Shown here: positions 26,103 through 39,629 of the stretch, piece after piece | How the letters are laid out: each line of letters starts with the position of its first letter | Position numbering within the stretch: the stretch's first letter is position 1 | From: Takakia lepidozioides | Taxonomy: Eukaryota > Plantae > Bryophyta | Length of the DNA stretch: 64,000 bases | Reading direction: 5' to 3' | Assembly: GCA_030704615.1 (NCBI GenBank) | Contig: CM060732.1 | Location: 21,886,001-21,950,000, forward strand | Position numbers and translations under genes: made by a program | Notes under the pieces: model-generated | Told to the model about the DNA's origin: nothing | The model's database searches: none | Seen by the model: only the letters and a program-made list of their open reading frames with translations

Positions 26103-26277
26103 CCAGCTTCAAGTCTAGATCAAAAGCGAACTCCCTCCATCCATTACTAATGGTGCGGCCATCTCTTTGAAATCTTAATTTCCAAATCTCCCCCTTTGGG
26201 CTTTCGAAAGTTAGGATCTTACTGCGGTAATACGTTGTTTGTGATTCTTCGTACACGGGAGCGTCAAACACTGCCAT
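26103..26277 (-). pseudogene. B3-domain (REM-like) gene fragment
   Basis: LTFESPKGEIWKLRFQRDGRTISNGWREFAFDLDLK fits the B3 pattern G..W...GW.EF..D..LK. Confidence 0.55.
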
Positions 26278-26714
26278 TGAGACAAAAATGAAACATTGAT
26301 TAGTCTGGAATTCTAGACTAGAACATGTAGTATTGTCAATTCACCATTGAAATCACTCATGTGCAACAAACCTCTTCGACAATTCTTCTTACTCGAAAGA
26401 AACCTATAGGCTATTCTTACCAGTCTGCACCACACGATATCGTAGATCATGCCTCGGTTCATCTTCTTTACGACAAACTACTTGTCCTTAGCCTCCTTCC
26501 CTGCTCTCTCGAGTGCTTACAAGCGACACGTCACGCATTTGTGAGGGGATCGTATGACTATATGTCTGCAGAGCAATGCCTACATGGAGAGGCGCCGGAT
26601 GGCATGTGTTTGTTGATTGACTCGAACAAGAGCAGGTACCAAAAGTTCAGCCATGCATTTCCTAAGCAAGGTATAGTCAGCTTCTCACAGTATTCGACCT
26701 TAAGTGGAAATTAG

Positions 26715-26950
26715 ACTGGAAAATGGAAGGTGGTGGTGGATGCACGAGAAGTTTTTTAATACAATTTCTGAACCTCATATAAAAACACATGATGGAATTA
26801 TATCAAAATTGCTAAGCATGGGTATGATAGGAAGGTCTTTGAGCTGTATGAGAAAGCAATCGAACATTCTCGCAGTGTTTTCAAGATTCCAGAATTGAGG
26901 GAGGAAAGAGGTGTGAGAAAGGTGTCAGGTCATTGTTGCGTTGTGCAAGG
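26715..26950 (+). pseudogene. Degenerate PLS-class PPR and E-domain fragments
   Basis: Frameshifted VDARExFNTISEP..AKHG..FELYEK, followed by EERGVRKVSGHCCV (E-motif-like). Confidence 0.5.
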
Positions 26951-29900
26951 TTTCTGCATCACAGATCTGCTTGCTAGAGCATGCTCATTGATACCACCAT
27001 CCACTTAGGATGCATTTTCATCTACTCCCACTCAACCTAAATCTGCTAGATAATACCAACGGGTGATGGGGGCTTCCATCAGCACCATTTCACCCACTCA
27101 CCCTTTATTATAAGGAGGAAACTAACATCAGGCTATGTCAATCATGCAAGGTCCCGCTAATTACGTTCTCTGGCAAGCCCGTCAGGACCCATGAGCTTTT
27201 TGGATGTTAATATGAATTATGTGACAGGTATTTACAAGCTGGAACTCCACTTTTGGTGTCAACCTCCTACAATCCTGAAGCTCACACCTTCACACTTACG
27301 TGCCGGTTTGTATATCTCTCATCCTTCACCAAAACGGTGTACATGAGGTCAAAAGAATCAGGATGTATGTGTGTTTAAATGTTCAATTCTATAAATAAGG
27401 GCTGGGCAAATTTCTATGTCATCACAAATAGACTTCTAGGCTGTGATTCCTGTGATGATGATGTCTTATAGTGTAATTTGAAATTGTCCTGATCTAGATG
27501 AACGAGACTGGTTCATGTCTGACAGTCGCTTTGTATCACATGAAGTGGACAACAACAAAATGATATCTCTCTTAGACACCACTGTGAAAAGGTAGCCATT
27601 GATTTTTGACTGATCAACACACCACTTGAAACACCTATATGCATTATCAACAACTTTCAAGTATGTGTTGGAGTGTGTTTGAATTCAGCTGCTGTTTCAA
27701 TTAGTCCTTTCTGGCCGTCGTATTGATCTCTTCGTCTTTTAATACCAAATCCCATTTGGACTGAAATGTTTTGTGGTACTTAATTTTGCGTTTTTGAGAT
27801 CAGGCGGCTCATTGTAGTTTTTTTCAATTCAGTTATTGGTACTTCTGCGGCGTTGTCCTAAAGTCATTGAAATTGCAGATAAGGCCAATCGACCCAAAAG
27901 TGCAGCACTTGTTTCTGATCCTCAAATCAACAAGTAATTGCTCTTCCCTGAAGCATGATCATAGTTCAATTTGCTACACATGTCTCATCACCCACTGAAC
28001 TAATGTAATCAACTGATAGGTGTTGATTTAAGAATTCACCACAATTGCTTTAGACTGATTTCCCATGGATTCCTTGCAGCTCCACTGGGCTGCAAAGATG
28101 ATTTATTGCAAAGCACAAATGGACAGTCATATTTAAGACTTCTGTCTACATGCGTGTTTCTGACTGGTTAGAAATCTCAGTGTATTGGTTTTATGTATGT
28201 TGAGTGGTTTTGTTATGTCGGTGTGTTCTATGAAAGGCCTTAGCTCAAGGAAGCCAGGCTGGAGCTAGGCGGTGAAGTTTCTCTGTTCCATTGAGAAGAT
28301 TTATCGAAAGATTTGGTCTTTATCTCGTACTGAGCATTTTAAAAATTTGAGTGCTGATTTTGGGCTCACCAGTTCATTACCTGACTGATTTCGGGCTTGC
28401 CTTGTTGCTTCAAACGCCACATTTAGCCTCAATAGAAGGAACCTACCAGTGATATTTTCTCTACCATTGTGTAAATGATGTGCAGCTACAATATGGTGGT
28501 GACGAATCTTACACTCTTGCTATCGTTTGAGAGAGGTGACAGAAAGAAAGAGATATGTTACATCGGAAGAGGCCAAGAGACACAAGTAGACTAACAAAGT
28601 AGAGCCACATAAGCAAACAGTATAAGCTCCATACTATCCAAAGAACAACTCAAAGCTGCTCAGGGTTCATAAAGACAAAGTCAGAGAGGAAGGGAGTTTA
28701 CTTAAGCTGCTGATTAGCATATGACTGGTTGAGGACTAGTTGCACGCAGTGACTGTTTATGAAGCACTGCACAGCCTTGAGATACTTTTCTCAACTCCTA
28801 CGTGCTTTCTGTCTCCCTCCCCCTTTGACCGAGTCTGCAATTTTCTCTCTTACTGATGTACACTATACTTTTTGGACTGAGACTTCCCCCTAATCTCTCT
28901 GTACAATTGGTTCCAAAAAGAAAGTGTAGCACACAATTCTATCATAGTACTTCACAATTTTACTGTACTTCTTGATGTATATGAAACCTTGTTTTTAAAC
29001 CAGTTCGGTCAAATTTTTGCTGAAATAGTAACACATTCACCATAAAACCAAAATCGTTCTTTTTGGCTTGCAATACCTTAAGTAGAGCAGCGGGCACTGA
29101 TTGTAATCTATGTTTATTCTCATGTGCAACTTTGTCACTCAATGTTTTCCTGTTTCCAGGATTTTATACCTAGAGGGCAATTACAACATTGTTACGGACA
29201 TTCTCAGGTTTGTTGAGTCCGTATGTACATTTGATCTTTGTTTTTCTTTTTTTCTTTTTTGAAAGTTATGATTTGGTTTTTTTTTTTTTTTTTTTTTTTT
29301 TTTCCGTTTATTAGTTTGCACGCTCCAAGTGTGGAAGTGATGACCTTGGATTTTTTAGTTTTATGGACTGTAACTCGTTGTCTATTGTAAGACAACGAGG
29401 GTCGTCTGCATGTTAGAGATCCAGCCCAACCGGAGTTGAGATCCCGAGTTGGTATGATCTAGTACTTCTTTGATAAATGATTTGGTCCACAGTTTCTGAG
29501 TCATTAAATGTGATGGTCGTGTGATGGCAGTTTTCATGAAACGTGATGGAAGCAATTGTACCACATATAACTTGGCATCGTTTAGAGATAATGATAGAAA
29601 ACACACCGGTTTTTTAAATGAAGATAAAGTTGGTAGACTTGTTGCGAAAACTGATGGTGCTTTACTGGAACATGCATTATTCTCTCGAGGTGAACAACCC
29701 GAGAAGATGCAAGAACCAGTTTTTGTTACTCATCGAGTTCGCAGCAGAGTTGTTTAATTCTCATGAGATCGAATATTTGAGAGAGGGTTGTCAAGCCACG
29801 TGTCCGAATGTGGAAAGGAATTATGTTCCTACTTGTGCATGCCCTTATATTTATCTGGGGACTTTAACACGTACATCATCCATAGGTGCACATATTAGAT

Positions 29901-30648
29901 GGCAGATAGATTACTTGGTTGGAAACTGCAGTGTTTGTCGACTGTACACAGATAGCCTATTAGTTTTAGAGAAATATTGTAGTATCTGCAGTATACCCAT
30001 TGAGGTCGATGGAGATGGTGTGCCTATTGACGGAAATGCCGATTGATACACGTTTTACCATACCCATTGAACCTCCAGTTCCCTGCTACGTACGGTTCAA
30101 GGATCTGAACGACTTTATTTTAAGTTTGATTTATTCCGGAGTTTTAGGTCCGAAAATTGGTTCAGTAGCTACAGCGAATTCTCAAGGTTCAAATTTTGCT
30201 ATCCTTCCGCGCCGTTCACGGAGACTGTATGAACGAAGGAGAGTGCACGGAGTGATTTAGCCACAACGTTGTTGTTTCAGAGATTGTTCATTGTACATAT
30301 GTTTATAAATGTACAGTTGTAATTGTGCAGCTGTACAGTGACATTTGTATGTATGTTTATAAATGTACGGTTCTAACTGTACTGCTGTACAGTTATATTT
30401 GTTTGTACTCTTGAGTGAAATTCGATACACAATCTGTTGTCAGTCTTTCTTTATGATTTTGTTTTGTTTTTTCTATCTGCATTTGTTAAAATATAGATTT
30501 TTTTTCAAATAGATGTGGATTATACCAGCTCGAAGATTACATAGACAGAAAATGGTAGATGTCATTATCTATATATCACGTCAGCACATTGTTTGTTGGA
30601 TCTTTACAAACAACTTATGTTTCGTTTTTTCTGCTTATGTTTAATAGA

Positions 30649-31757
30649 ATGAAGAGACAAGGTGGATGTATAATCACGACAATTGATACTTTGAGCCCCA
30701 ATCTTCGAGGCGGCACATTTGAATGACGTATCCTTAATCGGTACGGTTCTTTTGATCGAACTACGGAAAACCGACCAATGTTTTTACATTGTGATCTGAC
30801 TGATGAGGATGGATTCAGCACAGTCACTGGGACCTTGGAAGAATTGTTAGCCAATGTACATTCTCACAAGTTTCAAGTGGAAAATCATATCCGACTAAAA
30901 AAAAATTCAGTCAAGCCCAAGTCCAAATTTGGACATGATGATTGTCCGTACATGCTCGTTATGTCGTCTCCCACAACTGTCACTGTTGTCGAGCCGAAAC
31001 CCATCGCTCTAAACTTGTTAAGTATGGACAAGATCAACCACTATTTCGAGAAAACGGTTTCGAGAGACAAATGGGCTACGGCTTCTATAACTGCAGTGGT
31101 GGTGGGAGTTATTGGAATCGTCGGCAATACTTTTGATCTGCAAGTGGCAGATGGTTCTGGACAAGACGATACACAAATTGTAAGTGATGAACTTCGTTGT
31201 TATTCGTATAATATTTGAATTTGTATTGATGGTGTTGTTATCAAATCATAGTAGCCAAATCAATTCTTATTTGAATTTATAAATGTGCACGTAGGTTTCC
31301 TTCAAGTTCGAAATCGGGTGCGTTGAGGTTCATCACAACATCAACAACCATCGTAGTGATTCCAGTTCCTGACAAAGAAACGCGCGATGGGTTGACTGCC
31401 ATCCACGACGTTCATACACGGGGAACTACTTTCTCGATGGTTCGCAAAGTAAGTGTTTTTGAAACTCATTCACAAAGTATAATCATTAAAACTCCAAAAC
31501 ATTATGTGTTTTGTTAATTATTTTATGGTGATTCAATGAAACAGGTGTCGGGGAATTTATATGTGTTATCTCCAACCGTGTGACCCATCAAAGAGGTGTG
31601 CCAGAAATGTCATCTTTCTCAATCCATCGTAAAGTCTGAGGATGATCGTTGTCATTGTCAGTTTTGTCGGGTATTCGTTGATGTTGAAGAAGAACCGGAA
31701 GTAGCTTGTTACGTTACAACTGACACAGGAGAGAATGTCAAAGCTTATGGAAAACTG
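30649..31757 (+). pseudogene. RPA70-like ssDNA-binding protein gene (OB folds and zinc ribbon, with introns)
   Basis: TIDTLSP..LHCDLTDEDG..VKPKSKF..TTVTVV OB-fold pattern; CQKC..CQFC zinc ribbon at ~31599-31670; GT-AG introns near 31180-31294 and 31449-31544; in-frame TGA near 30724. Confidence 0.7.
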
Positions 31758-34697
31758 GATTCAAGCCAGCTGCCACGTACTGTACATCATATCTCGCAAA
31801 AGTCGATAAACATCACAAAAGAATTACAAAAAAATACTCGCAATATGTAAACAAGAACAGACCGAAGCCACAAAACGTATAAGACAAATGGGAATGCTTT
31901 CTGGAATGCTCAACAAATGTCTGCTCAATTAGCCATGTATTTTATTCTTTCAATACCGTTACATCATTCATCGAGAACATGCTTTTTCATTAACACATCA
32001 CCGCCCGAAGAACGCGCATTGGTACTTAAACCGCAGCGTCAGTTACAAGATCTTCCTCCAGATTCCACTGACATTAAATGCCAATCAAACATTGATAAAT
32101 ACATGAGTCGTCCAAAATTACTCGAACACCTTTGTCTTGCTGAAACAATTGCAAAATACAACCTATTTAATTTTCAAAAAAATCGGAAAGACACAATTAT
32201 TCGGTATGTACATTATAACATACATCAAGATCCCGAGAACTATTATCGAGAACAATTATTATTATTTTGCCCGTTTCAAAAGCCAAAATCCAATTTAATG
32301 AATGGTCAAACTACATGGCACGATGCTTTTATGATGAACAAATTGAAGATTGAATGTACGAGAGAATTTTTTGTGTATAAACTACCGAACCACGATGTAA
32401 ACAGTACATATTGGCACACCTTAGAAAAAAAGCCAAAGAATTTGCAACAGACGAAAACGTTGACATGTGGACTGAAACCGAGAACCCGGTAACCAATTAC
32501 ACGAATATCGAAAAATTTGATATATCACTAGAATGTGATATATGTCCGATTCAACCTTCCACTAAAACAAAATCGGATTCCACAACCATAAAAGATCAAA
32601 GTTTAAATTGTGATATATATTATAAGCAAATATTTGACGATTGTATGTATAAAAAACGTACAAACCCCAAATAACCATTGCATCTTTTCATAACGGGCGC
32701 AGCTGGAACAGGTAAAACTTTCACTGTTTTAACCATCATACAAGGCTTGCTACGATATTACAACAACAACCCAGATGCAGATCCTTTAAAACAAAAAGTA
32801 ATGAAAATTGCATATACAGGAAAAACAACATTTAACATTGAAGGAAACACAATCCATTCAAGCCTAGGCATACCTTTAAATCACAAAAATTTGACATCGC
32901 TTACTGATGACAAATGTAATTAAACAATATAATCAACTACAACTCGTAGTTATAGATGAATTCTCTTGTTAGGTAGCCGAATGTTTTCGTTCATAGACAA
33001 AAGATTGCGTTCAATGAAACGCATACACAACAAACCTTTTGGAAATTTAGATGTCATTATCACTGGTGATTTTTATCAAATCCCACCTGTTAGAGATACT
33101 TGGATATTCAAAAAAAAAATTAAAAAAAATCAAACGAACATATGCGATATTCATTTTTGGCATGATAAGATGCTACACATTAACACGAGTTATGAGACAA
33201 AATGATCAAACATTTGTTGAAATCTTGAATCGATTTCGAACGGCATCACATTCCGTTGACAATATTAAAAATATGAACAGTATATCTAGGCCGCCGCCGC
33301 CATATCTAACTCTACCACATCTATTTTTCATAAACGCACGTACTCAAGCACACAATGAAGACATTTTTAATCGAACAGAATGACAAATTTTTGCATTCAA
33401 AGCAATAGACATCCATCATCCATTGTGTCCTTCACACATCAAACCCCCTCTTGATGCTAATAAGACAGCGGGTTTGCATGCACTTGTGCGCGTGAAACCC
33501 AATATTCTAGTAGAATTGTGTGGAGGCAACTATAACATCCAAGATGGTTTAGTAAACGGAGCTGAAGGAATTTTCAAACACGGCACAACTTCATCACCAC
33601 ACCTGCTAGTCTGGATATATTTTGCTAATGAACGAATAGGACACGAAACACGAGCTTTTTACTCGTACGTATACCAAAACAACAATGACATATGCAAATC
33701 CTGGACTCCAATTACAGCCAAAACCAAAGAAATTCAATTCACGGATAATCTTGACCACGTAATAACTCGTACTCAGTTCCCAATTCAGCTCACATCAGCA
33801 CATACTATACAGAGAGTGCAAGGACTGACCATGGATCGTCTCGCATTTGACCCAACAAACGTGAGCAAGCACGGATTGACATACACAGCTTTATCGCGCA
33901 TTAAAGAACAACAAAATTTATATCTCCTCGCTCCATTACAAGATAAAAAATTCCATGTGGATGATATCCTACGTGACGAAATAAGTAGACTTCAAACAAC
34001 TGCTAGATGGAATCTTTCCACACCAAATTTACAACTTCTATATCGCACACATGTAATCATTCAATCGTTAAATACACGTTCAATGTACAACCACTATTGT
34101 GATATTATGGACGACTACAGCCTACAAACATCTCACATATTATGTTTAAACGAAACGCATTTACATCCAAATAATCAAAATTGGTCATTATATGTACCTA
34201 ACGATCGCTTCTCAAGGCTCTCATATTATGACGGACACAGAACAACCATTCTATATGATAAAACCATTTCGCTTCAAAATTACGAAATCCAAACACACAA
34301 CGGTGCAAAATTCATTGCTGCATCTTTCAATCCAAATTCCCGCAGAGCCATACACATCATTGCAATATATAAACCTCATTTGCTTTCTCTTCACAACATT
34401 TTTCAAGATCTGCAAAATTTATATGATTGAGCACCAAAAAATTGTCCAACTATTTTTATCGGAGATTTTAATATCGATCTTCACAAATCCAACAGAGAAT
34501 CTGACTCACTTCGCTCATTCATGAAAAATTACAACTTTCAACTTACATTCAATGAACCCACGACAGACTACAATTCTCAATTAGATCATATATGGACTAA
34601 TTCACCTACACAACATTCATATTGGACCGACCACAAACCCATTTACTTAGCATTCAAACTTCCAGATTACGTTAATCACTTTACAACCGATTTGTAA
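31758..34697 (+). pseudogene. RepHel-endonuclease (Rep C-terminus, PIF1 helicase, AP endonuclease), disrupted
   Basis: YCTSYLAK (Rep tyrosine motif), NAQQMSAQ, FINTSPPEER, IDKY..RP; helicase GAAGTGKT, IDE, GDFYQIPPV, DGLVNGA, QGLT, YTALSR; endonuclease LNTRS, CLNET, GDFN, LDHIWTN, TDHKP. Confidence 0.9.
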
Positions 34698-35059
34698 CTA
34701 TAATAAGGCAGGGCTCGCATGTATTCCATGCGTTTGTTTATCCATAGTTTTGAGTTTTTTGAGTATTTTTAGGAGGATATCTGGGTGGGTGGCACACAGT
34801 CACTGGTTGTTGTTTTTTAGTTATGTGTTTACTTCTTTTTTTATCTTTTTATGTAATACGTGTACTTATAAGTAATAATCCGTAAGAAAAGACATTGTGT
34901 GAGAAATTGAGTCATCTCTTCGTCTGTTGAAATAGCCCATGGAATCACTCATAGCATGTACAATACAAACGTCATTACGATGTAGAGACTTAGTCTTGTG
35001 AAGGGACCATTTTGTAGCTCCGGTCTTGGTGTGCAGTTTTTCTTGGGCTTACTGAGTGT

Positions 35060-38000
35060 GTGGAATGTGTCTTTCCTAGGTTGCCCTATAAGGGTAAGTG
35101 CACTGAATGGGAGTTTCCGCTTTCCGGCTGGTTGTTCTTGACAGTAATTACAAAGCACATGATTACAGCACCATGTAGGAAGTGTGGAGTCTACTTCTTC
35201 TCGAACTCAAACCAACCAAGAGTCGTTGTGCTCCAGAGACCTTCCACCGAAGTGCATGGACGCTCAATGCTATTCACCTCCCCGCCTGGCTCTCCACCCC
35301 GCATTCAATAGAGAATTCAAGATCTTCCCCCTTCTTCTTCTGGGAGATCCAATTTGCCAGCTCCCCCAGTTATTCCACCTACTCCATCAGTGCCGCCATC
35401 GACATCCAATCAAGCTTCTCCAGGTGATGACCGCATTCCTTGTCCTGCTTGTGGACGACCATTTGCTTGGATCAGAGGCCTTGCCCACCATCAGCGCACC
35501 TGTTCAGCTTTTCGGCAGTCCCACCCTGACGGTTCTTCTTTATCCATCCATGTACATGCGTCACCACTCCTCCTCGGCCTCGCCTCTATACACGGATCCC
35601 GGTGGCGCTAAGACAAGAGGTTCAACACACTCTTCGCATGCCTCTGGACCGTCTGGCCCGCGATCCTGCTGATATCCCGGCTTGGCATCTTCTCTTGCTC
35701 TTTGCCAATGGTGTTTGGTCTTGCCCGCACGCGGTGGTGATGCTCGTCATAGAGAAACACGCATCCGTCTCCGCCGTTTTCTATCTGGGGATTGGGAGTG
35801 TCTGCAAGACGAGCACTATCTCCGTGCACACGCTCTTGCTGCACAAACCCCTCCGGATATCTTGCCACAACCGACCCTCTCTACCCACGAACAGCTTCGA
35901 CACAGTTTATTGTTGGGTCGTGTCGGTGAGTATTCACGTGCAGTGCGTGCCCTGGCACCTTTCACTCCTGTACCACCTTCTTCAGACATTGTCATTGCTT
36001 TGGAGGCCCTTCATCCCCCATCTGAGCAAATTCTTCCAGTTTTTGTCGATGATTTTGAGCCGGATCAAGATCTCCAGCTAGATCATGACATCTTCACCAA
36101 GGCTTTTACACGCAGTCCGCATCTCTCTGCAGCTGGTCCGTCTGGTTTGTTGTATGAACATCTGCGCGACTGCTTCAATCCCCAGGACTTTGCTAGTGGC
36201 TTCGCCCAACTCTTTCAGGTTTGCTCTCATATTGCCAGTGGTCGCATACCTGCTACAGTGGCACGCCTCCTTGGGGCATCACGACTTTTGGCTATGTCCA
36301 AACACACCGGTCCTGACATATGTCCTATTGCCGTGGGGGAGGTCATCTACCGTCTGGTTAGCCGTTCTATCTGCCTTCAGTATCGAGATGCATTCTCCGC
36401 CCACCTCTTTCCACATCAGTTTGGCGTTGCCACTCTAGGAGGCTGTGAAGCTGTTGTACACGGGATCCGTGCCACACTTGACCTTCATCCTGACTGGGTT
36501 GTCCTTCAAGTCGATGTCAGCAATGCCTTCAACACTATTTCACGCGCTGCCATCTTTCAGGAGCTCCGTTCTGCTGGAGGTTATTTTCATCAGCTTATCC
36601 CTTTTGTCAGACTGTTCTATGCGGACCTGGTGCCTCCCCTCTTTTACAGTCACCATTCTCGCACATGCGACTATAGTATCATACAATCGGAGGTGGGCAC
36701 ACGTCAAGGCGATCCATCAGGGGTCCTCTTTTTGCCATGGCACATGTGCGCACTCTTACGTCGTCTGCACAAGCATGTCCTTCTTGTCTATTCCCTTCTG
36801 TTGCAGATGACACCCACATCGTTGGTCTGGCATCCGAGGTCCTCCCAGCTTACAGTAATTCCATCACCCAGTTGCACTCTGTGGGGCTCTCCGTTCAACC
36901 TCGCAAGTGTGTCGTGTGGTCTCCATGCGGTTTACCATCTGGTTTTTCGCCACCTGCCCATTTTCTCACACCATCTGACGGCATCCGGATCTTGGGCGTT
37001 CCTTTTGGCACCACCTCATTCACTTCAACTTTCCTGGAAGACGCACTTCAAGAGGACATCTCCCATTCTGAGCTCCTTCCTAGGCTTGGGGATCTACAGG
37101 TCGACTACGGTATTCTCACAAGGTGTTTCATTCAACGACCATCGTACCTTTTACGGTATTTTCCACCTACCGCTGAATTCCTGCAGTCCATGTCGCAGTT
37201 TGATGCTCACATTATGGGGGTTTTTGGTCGTTTATTGGGGCCCGGTGCTCTGGATGGTTCCCAAGGGGATTTACCTCGGCAACAAGCCACCTTACATGTG
37301 TCCGCTGGCGGAGTGGGTCTACTCTCCACTGCCACCAGTGCTCCTTGTGCTTTCCTTGGCAGTTGGGCTCTGGTTGCTCCAGCCCTTGCGTCCCGATTTC
37401 TATGTGACCAGCGGCCCCTACTCATGGATAGCATTGCTCACGTGGATAACGGGTCACTCTCATTCCAACAACATCTCCAATCTGCACGGGACCTTCTTCA
37501 TCCATCAGTGCGGGCTTGCCTTCCGCCATTTGAGCAGCTGGTTACTCAGGGCTTGGACCATCTCCAGGAGACCATCGTGGATCGCATGCACCAACAAACC
37601 TTTTCTAGCATGCTTTCTGATGCATCTTCTGATGTGCATCGTGCCAGGCTCTTATCTTGCACGGGACCAGGGGCGGGTATGTGGCTTATCGCAAGACCCA
37701 CTATCACACCGTTTCGTTTGTCGTCTCCAATCTTTGCCATGGCTCTCCGCATTCGTCTTGGCTTACCACATCATTCTGTGCTTGGCTTACAACATTGTGT
37801 TTGTCACCAACCCATCGATCCACTTGATGTTCATCTCCTTCGTTGTCCATGTGGAGGAGATCGTACAGCGACCTATGATGTTGTGCGAGATGCCATCGCC
37901 TCTATTGCTCGAGAGGCTGGATTCCATGTATTGTGGGAGCAAACTCACATGCTTCCCTCTCATATGCCTCAGTCCACTCGTCGGCGAGTCGACATCGTCC

Positions 38001-38443
38001 TATCTCGAGATGGTTTGCGCACCCTTGCAGATGTTGTCATTACCAATCCCACTCGATCCGACTTACTTTCTCGCTCGGCCTCTTCCCAAGGCACTGCCGC
38101 TTTGATTGCTGCACAGACCAAGCAACGAGACTATCAAGACCGTCATCCCACAGATGCGTTCCTTCTACTAGATGTGGAGATCTTTGGATGTCTTCATCGT
38201 CAGTTCGACGACTTTCTTCGTACTTGTGCTCATCATGCTGCCAAGAACAAGATCAATGGCATTCCCCATGCTTCTGTCTTCGTAGCTTTCTATAGACAAT
38301 GGGTTTCCGTAGCACTACAGAGGGCACAGGCTATGTCCATCTTGCATCGGGCTACTGTAGCTGGCATGGCTTCATCTCATCTTTCTGCTCTTCCCGATGT
38401 CACACCCATTTCTTTGTCTGATGTCATTCAGGCAGTTGGATAG
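35060..38443 (+). mobile_element. CRE-clade (RLE-type) non-LTR retrotransposon, near full length with a few frameshifts
   Basis: N-terminal zinc finger CPACGRPF..LAHHQRTC; RT (PIAVGE, QFGV, DVSNAFN, GTRQGDP, ADD, GIRILGVPFG, GGVGL); LRIRLGLP, CVC..H..C, then RRVDIVL..ADV..KQRDY restriction-like endonuclease. Confidence 0.88.
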
Positions 38444-39629
38444 GATGATCATTCAGTTTCATTAGCTTGATATGCTTTCTTTTTCATTTCTTTATGTTAA
38501 CTCTTCCCTTGCTATGGGAACTTTCCATACTTCATACAGTTACCTCATGTCAGTTTGTAAATAAGAGCTTTGCAGGGTTTCACTGCTTCTTCTGTTGTTG
38601 CGTGCAAATAGAATATGTCATGGTACGTTTTCTTTCACATCTAAATGGGTTGTCTGAGACCCTAGTTGGAGGTCAACACAAATTTCCTTTGTATCAATTT
38701 TCCTAATTTGGTTTCAATTTTGTTTCAGGCCATATGGCCTGACTCATCTGCGCTCCAAAAGCTGGCTCCACACGAATAGCAAGTATGTGTCATGTGCAGT
38801 AGTGTAATTTCAGTCAGTCTGTCAGCATAAGACTCTCGTCCTAGTCCTAATAAGTCTATGAACTATTCTTGTTTGTTAGTAGTGTGGTTGTTTTTCAGCG
38901 CTGACTGTTATGAGGAAGGGGGTGAGAGACAAAGACCACTTCTTAGAATCCTTAGAATCCTTGTGGATGCATGGGCTCTATAACAGGTAGCTACGCACTG
39001 TACCTGGATTATATGTGCAGGTGGAACAGGTTGGAACACACTTGTCAGGGGACATGAGCAGATGCTCTCACTGCCTGTAAACCAACAGGTCGAGGTTCGT
39101 TGTTTGCTAGCCTGGGTCTTTCTTGTAACTTAGTGAGGGAAAGAATACTACCTAACACTGAACTGCTAAATACTCAGTTTGAGTGATAATGCTCAGACAT
39201 CAATAAAAGAACCATCCATTCATAGTCATTACTATGTCATTTAAAACAATCGAAGGGAATGAAAAGTAGTTTCTTGACATCAAGCTCGTTCCCTGGATCC
39301 CTCAGCCGACATAACTAGCTTCCCCTAGATTACCTTGACCGTCAAACACTGTGCCCTCCTCCTGTGATAGGCCGTTCCATTGTAGCCAGGCTCGAAAACG
39401 GGTTGTAAGAAAAAACGGACCTCAAACTGCCATTTCAGATTCTGAAAAGATGGACCAATTAGACTTTTAGATTGATTCCCACTTACCCTCTCTGCGATTA
39501 AAAGCGAGAGCAATCAATTTGAAAGCCTCTCAAGTAGAAGTAATAGGTGTCCACCTGTATTGAAATGTGCTAATCCCTGCAGTGAAAATCGCCCCCAAGT
39601 TCCCTAGTCAGAAACTTTCAGCCTCCACA

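Larger units (their letters stand above)
29300..34750 (+). mobile_element. Internally deleted endonuclease-encoding Helitron (Helentron/Helitron2); 5' boundary uncertain
   Basis: RPA-like gene plus Rep C-terminus, PIF1 helicase and AP endonuclease; 3' hairpin CGCATG-tattc-CATGCG at 34716-34732. Confidence 0.75.

Noticed and set aside
29265-29303. Poly-T as a retrocopy tail or Helentron 5' end
   Set aside because: No TSD or matching subterminal repeat found; left unresolved.
34050-34697. Endonuclease as part of a LINE or of the adjacent CRE element
   Set aside because: It is in frame with the PIF1 helicase; the CRE element has its own RLE.
36737-38105. Long overlapping frame (C-terminal half of ORF 35682-38105) as a second gene
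   Set aside because: It is the off-frame continuation after a frameshift near 36720; RT motifs continue in 36737-38443.
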